From assembly GCA_963827235.1 (NCBI GenBank), contig CAWHAE010000011.1:32001-96000 (forward strand): a stretch of DNA of 64,000 nt, written 5' to 3'. Positions 1-10,544 of this stretch are shown one piece after another. Both the position numbers and the translations under genes were made by a program. The notes below the pieces were generated by a model. That model saw nothing but the letters and a program-made list of their open reading frames with translations, was not told the origin of the DNA and did no database searches. How positions within the stretch are numbered: position 1 is the stretch's first letter; the number at the start of each line of letters is the position of its first letter. The DNA comes from an uncultured bacterium (GTDB lineage: Bacteria; Chloroflexota; UBA5177; JANWHV01).

Positions 1-704
1 CCGCCAGTGAGGGCAACTTGCGCACTGGCCATGTTCGAACATAGCAGCGCCACGCAAGCAATTGCCCCAAGACGTTTGATCCGATGCCACTTGTCCATCC
101 AATAGCCTCTTGGTCGACTCGCCGGCAACCCACTGCCCCGGTCCCGGAGCTGGCACACCTGAGAACTTGCCCCTGCATTGCGGCGTGCACTCGATCTGCC
201 CGAGTGTCGGTGGCCGCTCTTTGTGATTACCCTAGTTCGCTCGCTGGGGAAGGACAAGTTGCGATTACGACTGTCCGACCTGTGTATCTCGTGATGCTTG
301 TGGACTCCCATCGGGGAGCGCAGGCAATGGGCATGGTCGGCATGTCGTTCACGAGGCGCGCTTTGGCTCTTCTTGATGCCTGCCTGGCAGATACCCCGGA
401 GCGCAATGCCAACCTGTTGATAATCTTAGCAGTCTCTTCCTACCGATCGTTGGTTGGTCTTCAACTGCAGCCCAATGCAATCAAGCCTCACAAGTCGGGC
501 TGCTGCCAGTCTTGTGGGCACATCTTCACGACAGACGGACCCTGTCCCTCGCCCTGTAATGGGCAGAGGTCACAGGGCATCCCGCGCCTTGGCCTTGCGT
601 TGCACAACGTCGCGACCCGGTTGCAGGCGTCCACTCTCGGCCTTGACGCCTCCATCTCCAGCCTGACCCTTCGCCATTTCACTCTTTCGTTGCAGGCAGA
701 CTGT

Positions 705-2970
705 TCAGGCATGCGATGCCGGAGGCGCCGCATTTGTTTCCGTTGCCGTTCCCGTCGCCCGCGTACGGGCCAGCCTGGCCTGCAGGAGTATGAAGAACAT
801 CGGCACAAAGAAGATGGCCAGACCCGGCGCCGGTGCTGAGCGCCAGCGGCATCACGCCCATCATGAACGCCAGGGAGGTCATCAGAATGGGCCGCAAACG
901 GATTCGTACCGCCTGCAGCGTGGCCTCGTGCAGGCGCAGCCCCTCCAGTTGCAGCTTCTCCGCGAACTCTATGATGAGGATCGCGTTCTTTGCAGACAAT
1001 CCAATGGTGGTCACTGGCGCGATCTGGAAATGGACGTCATTGGAAAGGCCGCGCAGCGATGTGGCGGCCAGCGCGCCGATGACTCCCAGAGGGACGACAA
1101 GCAATACCGCAAAGGGCAGCTACCAGCTTTCATAAAGCGCTGCCAGGCACAGGAACACGAAGAGCACCGAGACGGCGTACAGGATGGGCGCCTGGGCCCC
1201 AGCCTTGATCTCTTCGTACGAAGTGCCCGACCACTGGTAGCCGATCCCGGCAGGAAGCTGGGACATCAGCTTTTCCACGGCATCTATCGCCTCGCCGGAG
1301 GTCTTCCGGGCGGCCGCTTCGCCACTCAGCCCAAGGGACGACGCGCCGTTGAATCGCTCGAGTTTCGGCGGGCCAAGGTGCCAACTGACGCCGGCGATGG
1401 CGTCCAGGGAAACCATCTCGTTCCTGTCGTTCCGCACGTACCACGCGCTCAGGTCGTTTGGCTGCATGCGGTAAGGCGAGTCGGCCTGCATGTAGACTCT
1501 CTTGATGCGGCTCCTGTTCACGAAATCGTTAACGTAGTTGCCGCCCAGCGCGGTGGACGTTGTATCATTGGCATCGGCCATTGCCACTCCCATCGCCGCA
1601 GACTTGGCCTGGTCGATTTCAACGTGGAATTCCGGCGTGTCGCTCTGGCCGCCGGCACGCACCTGCGCCGGCTCCGCCGCGGCCAGTTCGAGGAACTGGC
1701 CCCGTGCGCGCGTCAGGGCGTCGTGCCCCAAGCCACCTATGTCTTCCAGCTGGAGGTCGAAACCATTGCTGTTGCCCATACCGGGTATGGGAGAGGGTTG
1801 AAACGCGAATATGCGGGCATCGCGGATACCTGCGGCGGCATGACTGAGCCGGCGCGCCACCCCCGACGCGGAATTGTTGGCGTCGCGCTGGTCCCATTCC
1901 TTTAGACGGATGAACGTCATTCCGACGCTCTGGCCGACAGATCCGAAGTTGAATCCGGCGATCAAGAAATAGGCAGCAACGGCAATCGATTCGGCCTCGA
2001 TCAACGACTCGAATTGCTTCAATGCGGCAACGGTCCGCTCCTGCGTCGACCCGGGGCTCAGCTGGGTCTGCGCCATCACAACCCCTTGGTCTTCGTCCGG
2101 CAGGAAGCCGGTGGGTAGTCGCCACCACAGGACCGAGATTGCGGCAACGATCAGCGCAGAGAGGGCGAATCCCGGGAGCGGATGCTGCACGATCTGCCCC
2201 ACCCACCCTTGGTAGCGCTGCGTGATGTTCCTCAAGTGATAATTGAATTCGCCAAATAACCCGTTCGGCGCCGACATGCCCTCGATATCGCTCGCGCGCA
2301 GGAAATTGGCGCAGATGGCCGGCGTCAGAGCCAGTGCGACGACCACTGAGAGTGTCATGGCCGAAACGATGGTCACGGCGAACTGGAGATAGATAACACC
2401 AGGGGCGCCCGGAAAGAACGCCATGGGCACGAGCACCGCGGCCAGTACCAGGGCAATGCCGAGCAGCGCGCCCGTGATCTGCTCTATGGACTTGCGGGTC
2501 GCATTGAGCGCGCTCAAGCCCTCTTCGTGCATGATGCGCTCGACGTTTTCAACCTCCACGATCGCGTCGTCCACCAGCAGGCCGATGGCCAGCACTACGG
2601 CGAACAAGGTCATCGTGTTGATCGAGTAGCCGAACATGGCCAGTACGCCGAAAGTGCCGAGCGATACGACCGGGACCGCCACGGTGGGCACCAGGGTCGC
2701 GTGCCAATTGCCGAGGAACAGGTACATGATCAGCACCACCAGCACGGTAGCCACGATCAGGGTGCTGATGACCTCGCAAATGGAGTTTCGAACGAACTTG
2801 CTCGTATCGCAGGCACCCGGATAGTTGGCGCTAACCGATACCGAAGGCGGCGCCAGATTCGGGTTCTGTTCGACACCTAAGGTGCGGATCGCGAATCCGC
2901 CAGCCAGCATGATGATGATGATGGCGATCACCCACGCGAAGATCGGCCGGTCGATGAAGAAGCTTGCCAA
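705..2970 (-). pseudogene. AcrB/HAE1-type RND efflux permease, decayed
   Basis: Begins LASFFIDRPIFAWVIAI and has GLLVDDAIV and [12 protein letters not shown] motifs. ANYPGA is joined directly to DTSKFVRNSI (most of the N-terminal periplasmic region deleted). In-frame TAG at 1120-1122 (LYESW*LPFAV). A further deletion/shift lies between GAGSG and [10 protein letters not shown]. Confidence 0.9.
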
Positions 2971-3676
2971 GGCGCGCCCTTCAGGCGTTGGTAAGGGCTG
3001 GACGCACGGTGTTGCCGGCCTTGATCTCGCAAGTCGCTTCGACCGCCGGTCGGCCAACTGCCTTTTATCCCAGAATCACCGGCCATGCGCCGCTGAGAAG
3101 GCACCCATCGTACGTCGGCGCTAAATGCATTTTAGCCATCATCGCTGGCAGCGACGGCGATCTTCAGAACCTGATTGCCGCCGCCATCGTCATCCGTTCC
3201 GCGGTCCATTGCTGTGCCTCTTTGGATAGCATCACGATGGTTCACAGAAATCACCAGTGGTGTCGTGTCGAGCTGTCATGTTTGCACGACGCGCGCCATC
3301 AACTGCGGACCCCGCAGTGCCATGTTCGCAAAAGTACGCAGCCACAATGCGTGGTTCTTCGAGCTAGCCAGAGTCCTGATCGGCCCGCAACATGAAGTCC
3401 ATCTGGTGAAATTCCACAGGCTTCGTGGCATGAGCGGCGGCTGGATGCGCTGCGCATGCCTGCCAGAGGGGCAGGACACCCCTTGGATCCGGCGCGGCAA
3501 CAATGACGGCAGGTCTCACCACCGTCCGATTCCCTCACACCGCCTCGATGACCAAATTCGGCCCCCTCAGTGGGTGTCAGACTGTACTGAGTCATTCTAC
3601 AATAGGGCGGGTCGGCACAGCTCAAGGCCATCTACCTTCCTCGTTACTTTGTCATAGCCACCAAAGAGGCAGCTTA

Positions 3677-4375
3677 ATGAGCAACTCCCGTCCAAGTTTT
3701 GCCAACCTGCTATGCGCGTCCCTCCTCCTCGGGTCATTCATCGCAACGACCGGACAAGCCAGTGCAGCCGCCCCAGCCCCGCCCGATGCGAAGCCCAAGC
3801 CACCCATGTCGTTCTTCGTGACGAGCGTGGGTCTCGGCAATGGCGGTGACCTGGGAGGTCTGGCGGGCGCCGACGCGCATTGCCAGGCACTTGCCAAGTC
3901 GGTCGGTCGCGACGATTCCACCTGGCATGCCTACCTCAGTACCCAGGGCCCGAACGCCGTCAACGCGCGTGACCGGATTGGAAAGGGCCCCTGGTTCAGC
4001 GCCACAGGGCAGCAGATCGCGAAGGACCTCGCCGAGCTCCATGGCGACACGCTCGAATTGGCGAGAATGGGCAACAACATCCACGCCCGCTCGGCCGTCA
4101 CCGAGAAAGGGGAGCAAATTCCCCCAATGCCACTCATCCACGACATCTTTACCGGCACCAAGCCTGATGGCACCGCGTATACGGACAATGCAACTGATCT
4201 GACTTGCAAGAACTGGACAAGCAGTACGGGTGGCGCTGCCCAGCTGGGTCACCACGATCGGCAAGGCCTTTTCAATACCTCCTGGAATTCTTCGCATCCG
4301 AGCGCCGGATGCAGCCAGGACGATCTGGCGAAGACTGGCGGTGCCGGATTGCTCTATTGCTTCGCAATCAACTAG
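3677..4375 (+). CDS. Secreted C-type-lectin/endostatin-fold protein
   Basis: Signal peptide, then FFVTS..GDLGGLAGADAHCQALA, NARDRIGKGPW, and a C-terminal GLLYCFA typical of this bacterial family. Confidence 0.75.
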   Translation: MSNSRPSFANLLCASLLLGSFIATTGQASAAAPAPPDAKPKPPMSFFVTSVGLGNGGDLGGLAGADAHCQALAKSVGRDDSTWHAYLSTQGPNAVNARDRIGKGPWFSATGQQIAKDLAELHGDTLELARMGNNIHARSAVTEKGEQIPPMPLIHDIFTGTKPDGTAYTDNATDLTCKNWTSSTGGAAQLGHHDRQGLFNTSWNSSHPSAGCSQDDLAKTGGAGLLYCFAIN

Positions 4376-4710
4376 TCATCGCGGCCGAGGTCTCCTGATA
4401 GACGTCGAACTCTCGAGGATCCAGGGTCCGAAATTGCCGCGCAGACGACTGCGGGTGGCCAATCCGGATCTCATCGCATCACGGCCCTCAGCATGGGGAC
4501 CATCTGGGCCGCACCTTGACTGGTGCGGCCCTCCTATTCCCTTCCAGCGCCGCCCGGAGCACTATCTCAACTCTCTAAGGCAGCTTGGGATGCGCCGGGC
4601 GGCACCGTCTCGCGGGATACGTCAACTAATCCCATTGGCTTGGAACCAGCACCTGCGGTACCAGCATTCCAGTGCTGGCGCTTCAGAGGCACGTTCAAAC
4701 GAGGGGCCTT

Positions 4711-6234
4711 GTGACTCTTATATACAATCGTCGCGAAGTGATCGCCGCCGGCGCAGGGCTTGTATTCGCATCGGCCGGTAACAGGGGCTACGCATCAGCA
4801 AAGCAAGAAAAGCCCAATATCCTGTTCATCCTCGCGGATGATATGGGGTATGCGGACCTGAGTTGTTATGGCCGCACCGATTACCGCACGCCGAACCTTG
4901 ACAAGCTGTCGCGCGAGGGCTTGATGATGACGTCGGCCTATGCCAATTCGGCCGTGTGTTCTGCTTCCCGTACCGCCATCATCACGGGTCGCTACCAGGA
5001 TCGCCTGCAAGTGGGCCTCTATGAGCCGGGACCCGGGGGCGACAACTACGGGATCCCAGACGGGCATCCCACGCTGCCCGGCTTATTCAAGAAGATGGGG
5101 TACAGGACCAGCTTGGTCGGCAAGTGGCACCTCGGTGATCCGCCGCAATTCGGACCGCTGCAGCGCGGCTATGATTATTTCTTCGGCATGCTTGGCGGCG
5201 GCATGGATTATTTCCGGGTCGGCGGCAGCAAGGGCGCGACGGCGCTTGGGCTCAAGGGCGAAGCGGCCGCGGTGGCCGGATTTGGCTGCGAGCTCGCCGG
5301 AATGTCGCCTCCTGGAATGCCTACAATGGGAGCCGGCGCTGGCGCAGCCTCCGGACCAGCTGGCGACTCAATGGCGGAAGGACTCTTCGAGAACGACACT
5401 CACGTGGAGGTGCCAGGCTATCTCACCGACGTGCTGGCTGATCGCGCCTCGAGCCAGATCGAGGCAGCCGCAAGATCGGGGCAGCCCTTCTTCATGAGCC
5501 TGCACTTCAATGCACCCCACTGGCCCTGGGAAGGTCCGGGCGATGCCGAAGCTTCCAAGAGCATCGCCGGGGCTTACAACGCCGACGGCGGCAGCATCCG
5601 AAAATATGGGGAGATGGTGGTGGCGCTCGACGCCGCCATTGGCCGCGTGCTCCAGACCCTCAGGCGTGCCGGCCTCGCTCGCAACACCGTCGTCGTATTC
5701 ACGAGCGACAATGGGGGTGAGCGCTTCTCCAATTCCTGGCCGTTCGCCGGCTCCAAGGGAGAGCTGCTCGAGGGTGGCCTGCGCATCCCCTTGCTTTTGC
5801 GTTGGCCTGGGCGCATCAAGGCGGGCAGCGGCTCGGCACAAGCGATGATCCACATGGACTGGCTGCCGACGCTGTTGGCAGCGGCGGGAGGCACGCCGGA
5901 TCCTGCCTATCCCACTGACGGCATGAATCTGCTGCCTTTATTGTTGGGTGGGCAAGCGCCCCAAGCGCGCACGCTGTACTGGCGCTATTACGCGGCCGAG
6001 CAGGCTGCCGCCCGCGAAGGCGCCTGGAAATACCTGAAGATCGCCGGCCGCGAGTATCTGTTCAACACGGCCGAGGATGAACGCGAACGCGCCAATCGTC
6101 GCTCACACGAGCCAGCGCTATTCGCGCGGCTCAAGGCAGCTTGGGAGGCCTGGAACTCGACCATGTTGCCATTTCCGGCAGGCATGCCCAGTGACAATCC
6201 AAAGTCCACGCATTGTTGGGCCGATCACTACTAG
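4711..6234 (+). CDS. Sulfatase (formylglycine type), Tat-exported
   Basis: NRREVIAAGAG twin-arginine leader, PNILFILADDMG, CSASRTAIITGR (CxxxR), GKWHLG, FTSDNGG. Confidence 0.93.
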   Translation: MTLIYNRREVIAAGAGLVFASAGNRGYASAKQEKPNILFILADDMGYADLSCYGRTDYRTPNLDKLSREGLMMTSAYANSAVCSASRTAIITGRYQDRLQVGLYEPGPGGDNYGIPDGHPTLPGLFKKMGYRTSLVGKWHLGDPPQFGPLQRGYDYFFGMLGGGMDYFRVGGSKGATALGLKGEAAAVAGFGCELAGMSPPGMPTMGAGAGAASGPAGDSMAEGLFENDTHVEVPGYLTDVLADRASSQIEAAARSGQPFFMSLHFNAPHWPWEGPGDAEASKSIAGAYNADGGSIRKYGEMVVALDAAIGRVLQTLRRAGLARNTVVVFTSDNGGERFSNSWPFAGSKGELLEGGLRIPLLLRWPGRIKAGSGSAQAMIHMDWLPTLLAAAGGTPDPAYPTDGMNLLPLLLGGQAPQARTLYWRYYAAEQAAAREGAWKYLKIAGREYLFNTAEDERERANRRSHEPALFARLKAAWEAWNSTMLPFPAGMPSDNPKSTHCWADHY

Positions 6235-6299
6235 GAGTTCGTACACAAGAAATGCCCGGACATCGACTTGCAGGTCGAGCCCAGCTACGTTGGCAAACA

Positions 6300-6679
6300 G
6301 CATTCGGGGCGAACAGCAGTTTGCCGACGCTAGTGGCCAGGAGGAAAACCCGACTCTCTGCGAGCACAGCCTGCCTGACGAAGGGAACTCCTTCTGCGCC
6401 CTGCTTGTCCGCGCCTTTGAAAGGGAGTTGGGTCGCAATGCCTAGCGCCTTGTCAGGCCATGCCTGGACACGGTCCCACCCAATCTCCTCGCTACGCTGC
6501 TGAACGGTCGTGAGCGGGAGTTGCTGCAACTCATAGCCTCGGGCCTTACGAATCGCGCGGTAGTGGAGCGAATCGCGATCAGCGAGGGCACCGTGAACCG
6601 CTACCCCCATCACCTGTACTCCAAGTGGGGCGTGAATCGCCGTGACGCTGACTGTCATGCGCGCACGAGCTCCGAATAG
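6300..6679 (+). pseudogene. C-terminal relic of a MalT-like LuxR-family regulator
   Basis: 6485-6679 translates LNGRERELLQLIASGLTNRAVVERIAISEGTVNRYPHHLYSKWGV (LuxR HTH). Upstream frame has SLPDEG. No start or N-terminal domains. Confidence 0.7.
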
Positions 6680-6779
6680 CGTGAGCGAGACCCTTCAGAT
6701 CGCATAGGCGCGAGCACCGGAACAAGAATGTCCCGATGCTCGCGCCCGCTCGACGTCTACCGGCCCCTGCGCCTGAAGC

Positions 6780-9293
6780 TCACAGCGAAGCGCGCAGCTT
6801 CAGATACCATTCTCGAGGTTCGTTGTAGGTTCCGAAGTAACCCATAACAGACGGCTGCGCTGCGCCCGCTATCAAGAATCTGTCATTAGTCAAATTCGTG
6901 ACACCGGCGGTTAGCGTCCACCCGGAGGTGGCCGCATAGCTGACCGACCCATCAAGCATGTGGGTACTTGGGCGCCTCAGCAGTGGCGTATTTTCCGTAT
7001 CGTTATATAGCGAAGAAGTATAGGTGTACTGGGCAGCGGCTCGGAACTCGCCCCGAAACACCGGCAAAGTATATTGAGGGCTCAGCGATGCTTTCCACTT
7101 GGGAGTCTTGGGAAGGTCAGAACCTAGAGTGATCCCCGTCACGCCCGGCTGCAGCTCGGTGTACCGCGCATCAAGATAGGCAAGGCTGCTGTTGATCTTA
7201 AATCCGTGAGCGACGACGGCCGAGGCTTCCAGTTCGGCGCCGTTGATTCTTGCGGTGCCCGCGTTCATCGTTACTGGGGTGCCAAAGCCAGGAGCAATGA
7301 ACGGAAGTTGTATGTCCTTATAGAGGGTGGAAAATACGGCAAGGTCGGTGCTCAATCGATTCTGCAGAAAGCTCGACTTAAAGCCGGCTTCCAGGCTCGC
7401 TGATTTTTCCGGTCCAAATGCTGACTCAGTCGAAGAAGGGAAGATCAATCGCGTCGTCCAGCCGCCAGATTTAAAGCCGGTTGAATAGGAAGTATAAAGC
7501 AGGGATTTGTCCATCAAATGATATTCGGCGCCCCCAGTCCACGTGAAGACGTTGAACGTACGCTGGTTGGTACCTGAGGGACTAAAACGATTGGGATCGC
7601 CGGCCACTGGAAAGTCGAACGTGCTGTCCTGAAATATCAGCTTGCCCAGCGAGCTGACAAATTGCTGGCAGTTCAAACCCGGTACAGGGGATGGCGAATC
7701 GCCAGGATAGCAACCAAAGTTTCGATACAGGAAGCCATTCAATTCACGAGCGTCAGACGCCAGTTTCTTCTGCTCGGAGGTGATACGACCGCCAAGCGTA
7801 AACGAGAGTTGATCCGTCACCTGATAAGAACCGCGGGCAAACCCTGCTTCAGTGCGCGTATTGATCTTCGTATCCACATTAATTTGCTGCAATCCTTGAG
7901 CAAAGATTACGTCCTGGTTATCCTCACCATTCTCATCAAAATAGTATCCACCCAGCAAATAACTCAAACGATTGTCTAAAGCCTTGCCTATCAGCTGCAG
8001 TTCTTGGGACAACTGATGTTGCCACATACTATAGGTCGACTCGTAAAACTGCAGCGGCGAGCCGTCATTATCGTCCCCGTTTGCAAAGCGCAAATCGCGA
8101 TAGCCGGTAATTGAGCGAAGCGTGAGCGCGTCAGTGACAGCGACTTCGGTCGTCAGCGCACCGCCATAGTTCGTCACATGGACGAAATTAATGCCGTTCG
8201 CGTAGGACGTGTCGATATTTCCGGTCACGTACTGACTGCCCCACGTCAAACGGCTGGTGGCGGGATTCAGGTTGGCGCCAAAGAGCCCTGTCCCGACTTG
8301 TGCCCGCGCGCCACAAATTAAGGGACCAGAAACGTTAGCAATCGTAACGCCCGCGAGGCAATCGTTATAAGCCAAGTTGAACGTGCCGGTCGTCGCAGCC
8401 TGTAAAAGCGTAACCGGCGATGACGTCTCGTCGGTGCGTGAGTAGTCGCCGGTTAAAGTGACCGTTACGCGATCATCGCCATGCCAAACCAGCTTCCCGC
8501 GCGCGGTCTTTTCATCCTGTCCGCCCTGATCATTGCCCGAAGCGTAGCCCAACTGGGCAAAGGCATTCGGACTATCGCTGACGTAGGGTGTCTGGGAGAC
8601 ATATGGAATGCGCTTCTGGTAACCATCTCGCTTGATGGAAGAGACCGTGAACGTGGAAAGTAGTGCATCGCTAAATGGTAAATCCACGCTGGCTTGCACA
8701 TCTCGCCGGTTGAAGCTGCCGATAGTTACATCGCCGGTAGCCGCAAATTGATCCTTCGGATCACGAGTCACAATGCTGATTGCGCCGCCAATGGTATTGC
8801 GACCAAACAACGTACCCTGTGGGCCACGCAGGACTTCTACGCGCTCGACATCGAGAAGCTGACTGTTGGCGCCGATGGTCCGGGCAAGATAGATGCCATC
8901 GACGTATACGCCCACCGCAGGGTCGAGATTGAGCGCAAAATCGTCCAAACCGATTCCTCGAATTGAAGCGGACAAGACAGATCGGGAACCAGAAAATGCG
9001 GTCGATGTGTCGAGGTTCACACCGGGTACGAGTCTCCCGAGGGCGTCGACATTGCTGACGCCCTGGTCTCGAAGGTCGGCGCCCTTGAAGGCTGAAATGG
9101 CAATCGGCACATCGCGTAGGTTCGTCGCCGACTTCGTTGCCGTGACCACGATCTCTTGAAGCGTATCTTCAGGACCCGTGCCTTGATTTCCCGCCGAAGT
9201 CGCCCCAAACACTGCTGCGCTGACTCCGGATAGCAGCACCGCTATTGCGACGGACTGCCGGTATGAGCGTTGTATCGTTGTTGAATTACTCAT
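6780..9293 (-). CDS. TonB-dependent receptor
   Basis: Signal peptide, TonB box LQEIVVTATK, plug motif VERVEVLRGPQGTLFGRNTIGGAI, C-terminal NEPREWYLKLRASL. Confidence 0.95.
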   Translation of the reverse strand: MSNSTTIQRSYRQSVAIAVLLSGVSAAVFGATSAGNQGTGPEDTLQEIVVTATKSATNLRDVPIAISAFKGADLRDQGVSNVDALGRLVPGVNLDTSTAFSGSRSVLSASIRGIGLDDFALNLDPAVGVYVDGIYLARTIGANSQLLDVERVEVLRGPQGTLFGRNTIGGAISIVTRDPKDQFAATGDVTIGSFNRRDVQASVDLPFSDALLSTFTVSSIKRDGYQKRIPYVSQTPYVSDSPNAFAQLGYASGNDQGGQDEKTARGKLVWHGDDRVTVTLTGDYSRTDETSSPVTLLQAATTGTFNLAYNDCLAGVTIANVSGPLICGARAQVGTGLFGANLNPATSRLTWGSQYVTGNIDTSYANGINFVHVTNYGGALTTEVAVTDALTLRSITGYRDLRFANGDDNDGSPLQFYESTYSMWQHQLSQELQLIGKALDNRLSYLLGGYYFDENGEDNQDVIFAQGLQQINVDTKINTRTEAGFARGSYQVTDQLSFTLGGRITSEQKKLASDARELNGFLYRNFGCYPGDSPSPVPGLNCQQFVSSLGKLIFQDSTFDFPVAGDPNRFSPSGTNQRTFNVFTWTGGAEYHLMDKSLLYTSYSTGFKSGGWTTRLIFPSSTESAFGPEKSASLEAGFKSSFLQNRLSTDLAVFSTLYKDIQLPFIAPGFGTPVTMNAGTARINGAELEASAVVAHGFKINSSLAYLDARYTELQPGVTGITLGSDLPKTPKWKASLSPQYTLPVFRGEFRAAAQYTYTSSLYNDTENTPLLRRPSTHMLDGSVSYAATSGWTLTAGVTNLTNDRFLIAGAAQPSVMGYFGTYNEPREWYLKLRASL

Positions 9294-9359
9294 CGTTCCC
9301 CCTTCGTGTTGCCATCTCTGTTTCTTGAACTGCGGCTCTGTTCTGCACTTATCTGTGGC

Positions 9360-9386
9360 GCAGAATGCTGATCTGCGTAGCATAAT
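9360..9386. promoter_or_regulatory. Operator-like motif CAGAAT-N4-ATCTGC-N4-CATAAT upstream of the TonB receptor
   Basis: GCAGAATGCTGATCTGCGTAGCATAAT; recurs at 13134, 14920 and 17136. Confidence 0.55.
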
Positions 9387-9712
9387 CTACCGACCTATCA
9401 CACGAATTGCTAGGGGACCGTCGCACAGGCAGCACTGGCGGGAGCTGGCGCGTAGTGATCTGTATACAAGTACGGGAACGTGGGCGAACACCCGCGCCGC
9501 TTCGAGCGCCGGCGCACGCTCCATGAACGTTGGTACTACTTAGCAGATGCCAGCTGAGCGAGCGATGGCGCAAGGCTGGAAGGCGCAGTGGGCGCGTATC
9601 AAGTCCATCGGTGAATCGACGGGCGCGAAGCCGGCCCCGTCCAGGGCAAGAACCGCCCATGCGCCGACGACACTCGTGCCTCCCGTGACCAGGAGCGTGC
9701 GTGTACGCACCG

Positions 9713-10534
9713 CTATTCTAGGTTCTTTTGGTCGCCGTATTTGCCAAGCTGGTAGATGTTCACGAGCTGATAGGCCGTTGCCGCATCAAGGCGCAGCTGC
9801 ATCTGGGCCTTGATGTGCTGGCCAGCCACACGCTTCGTCCAGGCGAGGGCATAGGCGGACCGCTTCAACAGGGCCGCGACGATCTGATCGACGCGCGCAT
9901 CGAGCTCGTCGGCTGGCACCGCATAGTTGATGATTCCCCTGTCGGCAAGCTCGCGACCGGTAAACACCCGCGCCAGCATCAGGTACTCCTTTGCCAGCGT
10001 CGGGCTCATGTGCGCGGGGATATGTGCGAGACCGCCGTCGCCGGGGACCATGCCGGCCGCCGTGCGAAACGGCTGAACCTCCCCCATGCCCATATGGTGA
10101 TCAGCGAAGCGCGCGTCTTCACGGGCAATGATGAAGTCGGAGGCGAACGCGACGCTCGACCCCCAGCCGATCGCGTCGCCGTTGACCTTGGCGACGATTG
10201 GCCTGTCGAGATCCACCATCGCCTCGTGCAGGCGGATGATACCGGTCGTGGCGGTCCACACGTTGGGAGGCGACATCACGTCCTCGGCGCCCGCATTCGA
10301 CAGGAGCTGGGGGACCCAGAACACGTCCGGGTTCGCTCCCTCGATGACCACCACCCGCACGCGATTGTCCGTCCGTACGGCATTGATGATCTCGAAGAAC
10401 TCCCAGTGCCGGTCCGTCCACGGGCGGCCCTCGATCTTGCGATCCAGGCCGTGCATGGCGATGCGCAGCACCGCGTCCTCGAGGCTCACCGAGAAGTAGA
10501 TGAACTCGTAGTCCAGGTACCAGTATTTCGACAT
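9713..10534 (-). CDS. Crotonase (enoyl-CoA hydratase/isomerase) superfamily protein
   Basis: RPIVAKVNGDAIGWGSSVAFASDFIIA, ADHH...VPGDGG, LAKEYLML, GIINYAVP. Confidence 0.88.
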   Translation of the reverse strand: MSKYWYLDYEFIYFSVSLEDAVLRIAMHGLDRKIEGRPWTDRHWEFFEIINAVRTDNRVRVVVIEGANPDVFWVPQLLSNAGAEDVMSPPNVWTATTGIIRLHEAMVDLDRPIVAKVNGDAIGWGSSVAFASDFIIAREDARFADHHMGMGEVQPFRTAAGMVPGDGGLAHIPAHMSPTLAKEYLMLARVFTGRELADRGIINYAVPADELDARVDQIVAALLKRSAYALAWTKRVAGQHIKAQMQLRLDAATAYQLVNIYQLGKYGDQKNLE

Positions 10535-10544
10535 GGTGCGACCC

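Noticed and set aside
1120-1122. In-frame TAG as recoding (pyrrolysine or readthrough)
   Set aside because: The gene has other destructive deletions, no pyl genes are seen, and TAG serves as a normal stop in many genes here.
3060-3500. AcrA remnant upstream of the RND pseudogene
   Set aside because: Only a faint VQT*QLD resemblance; not supportable by eye.
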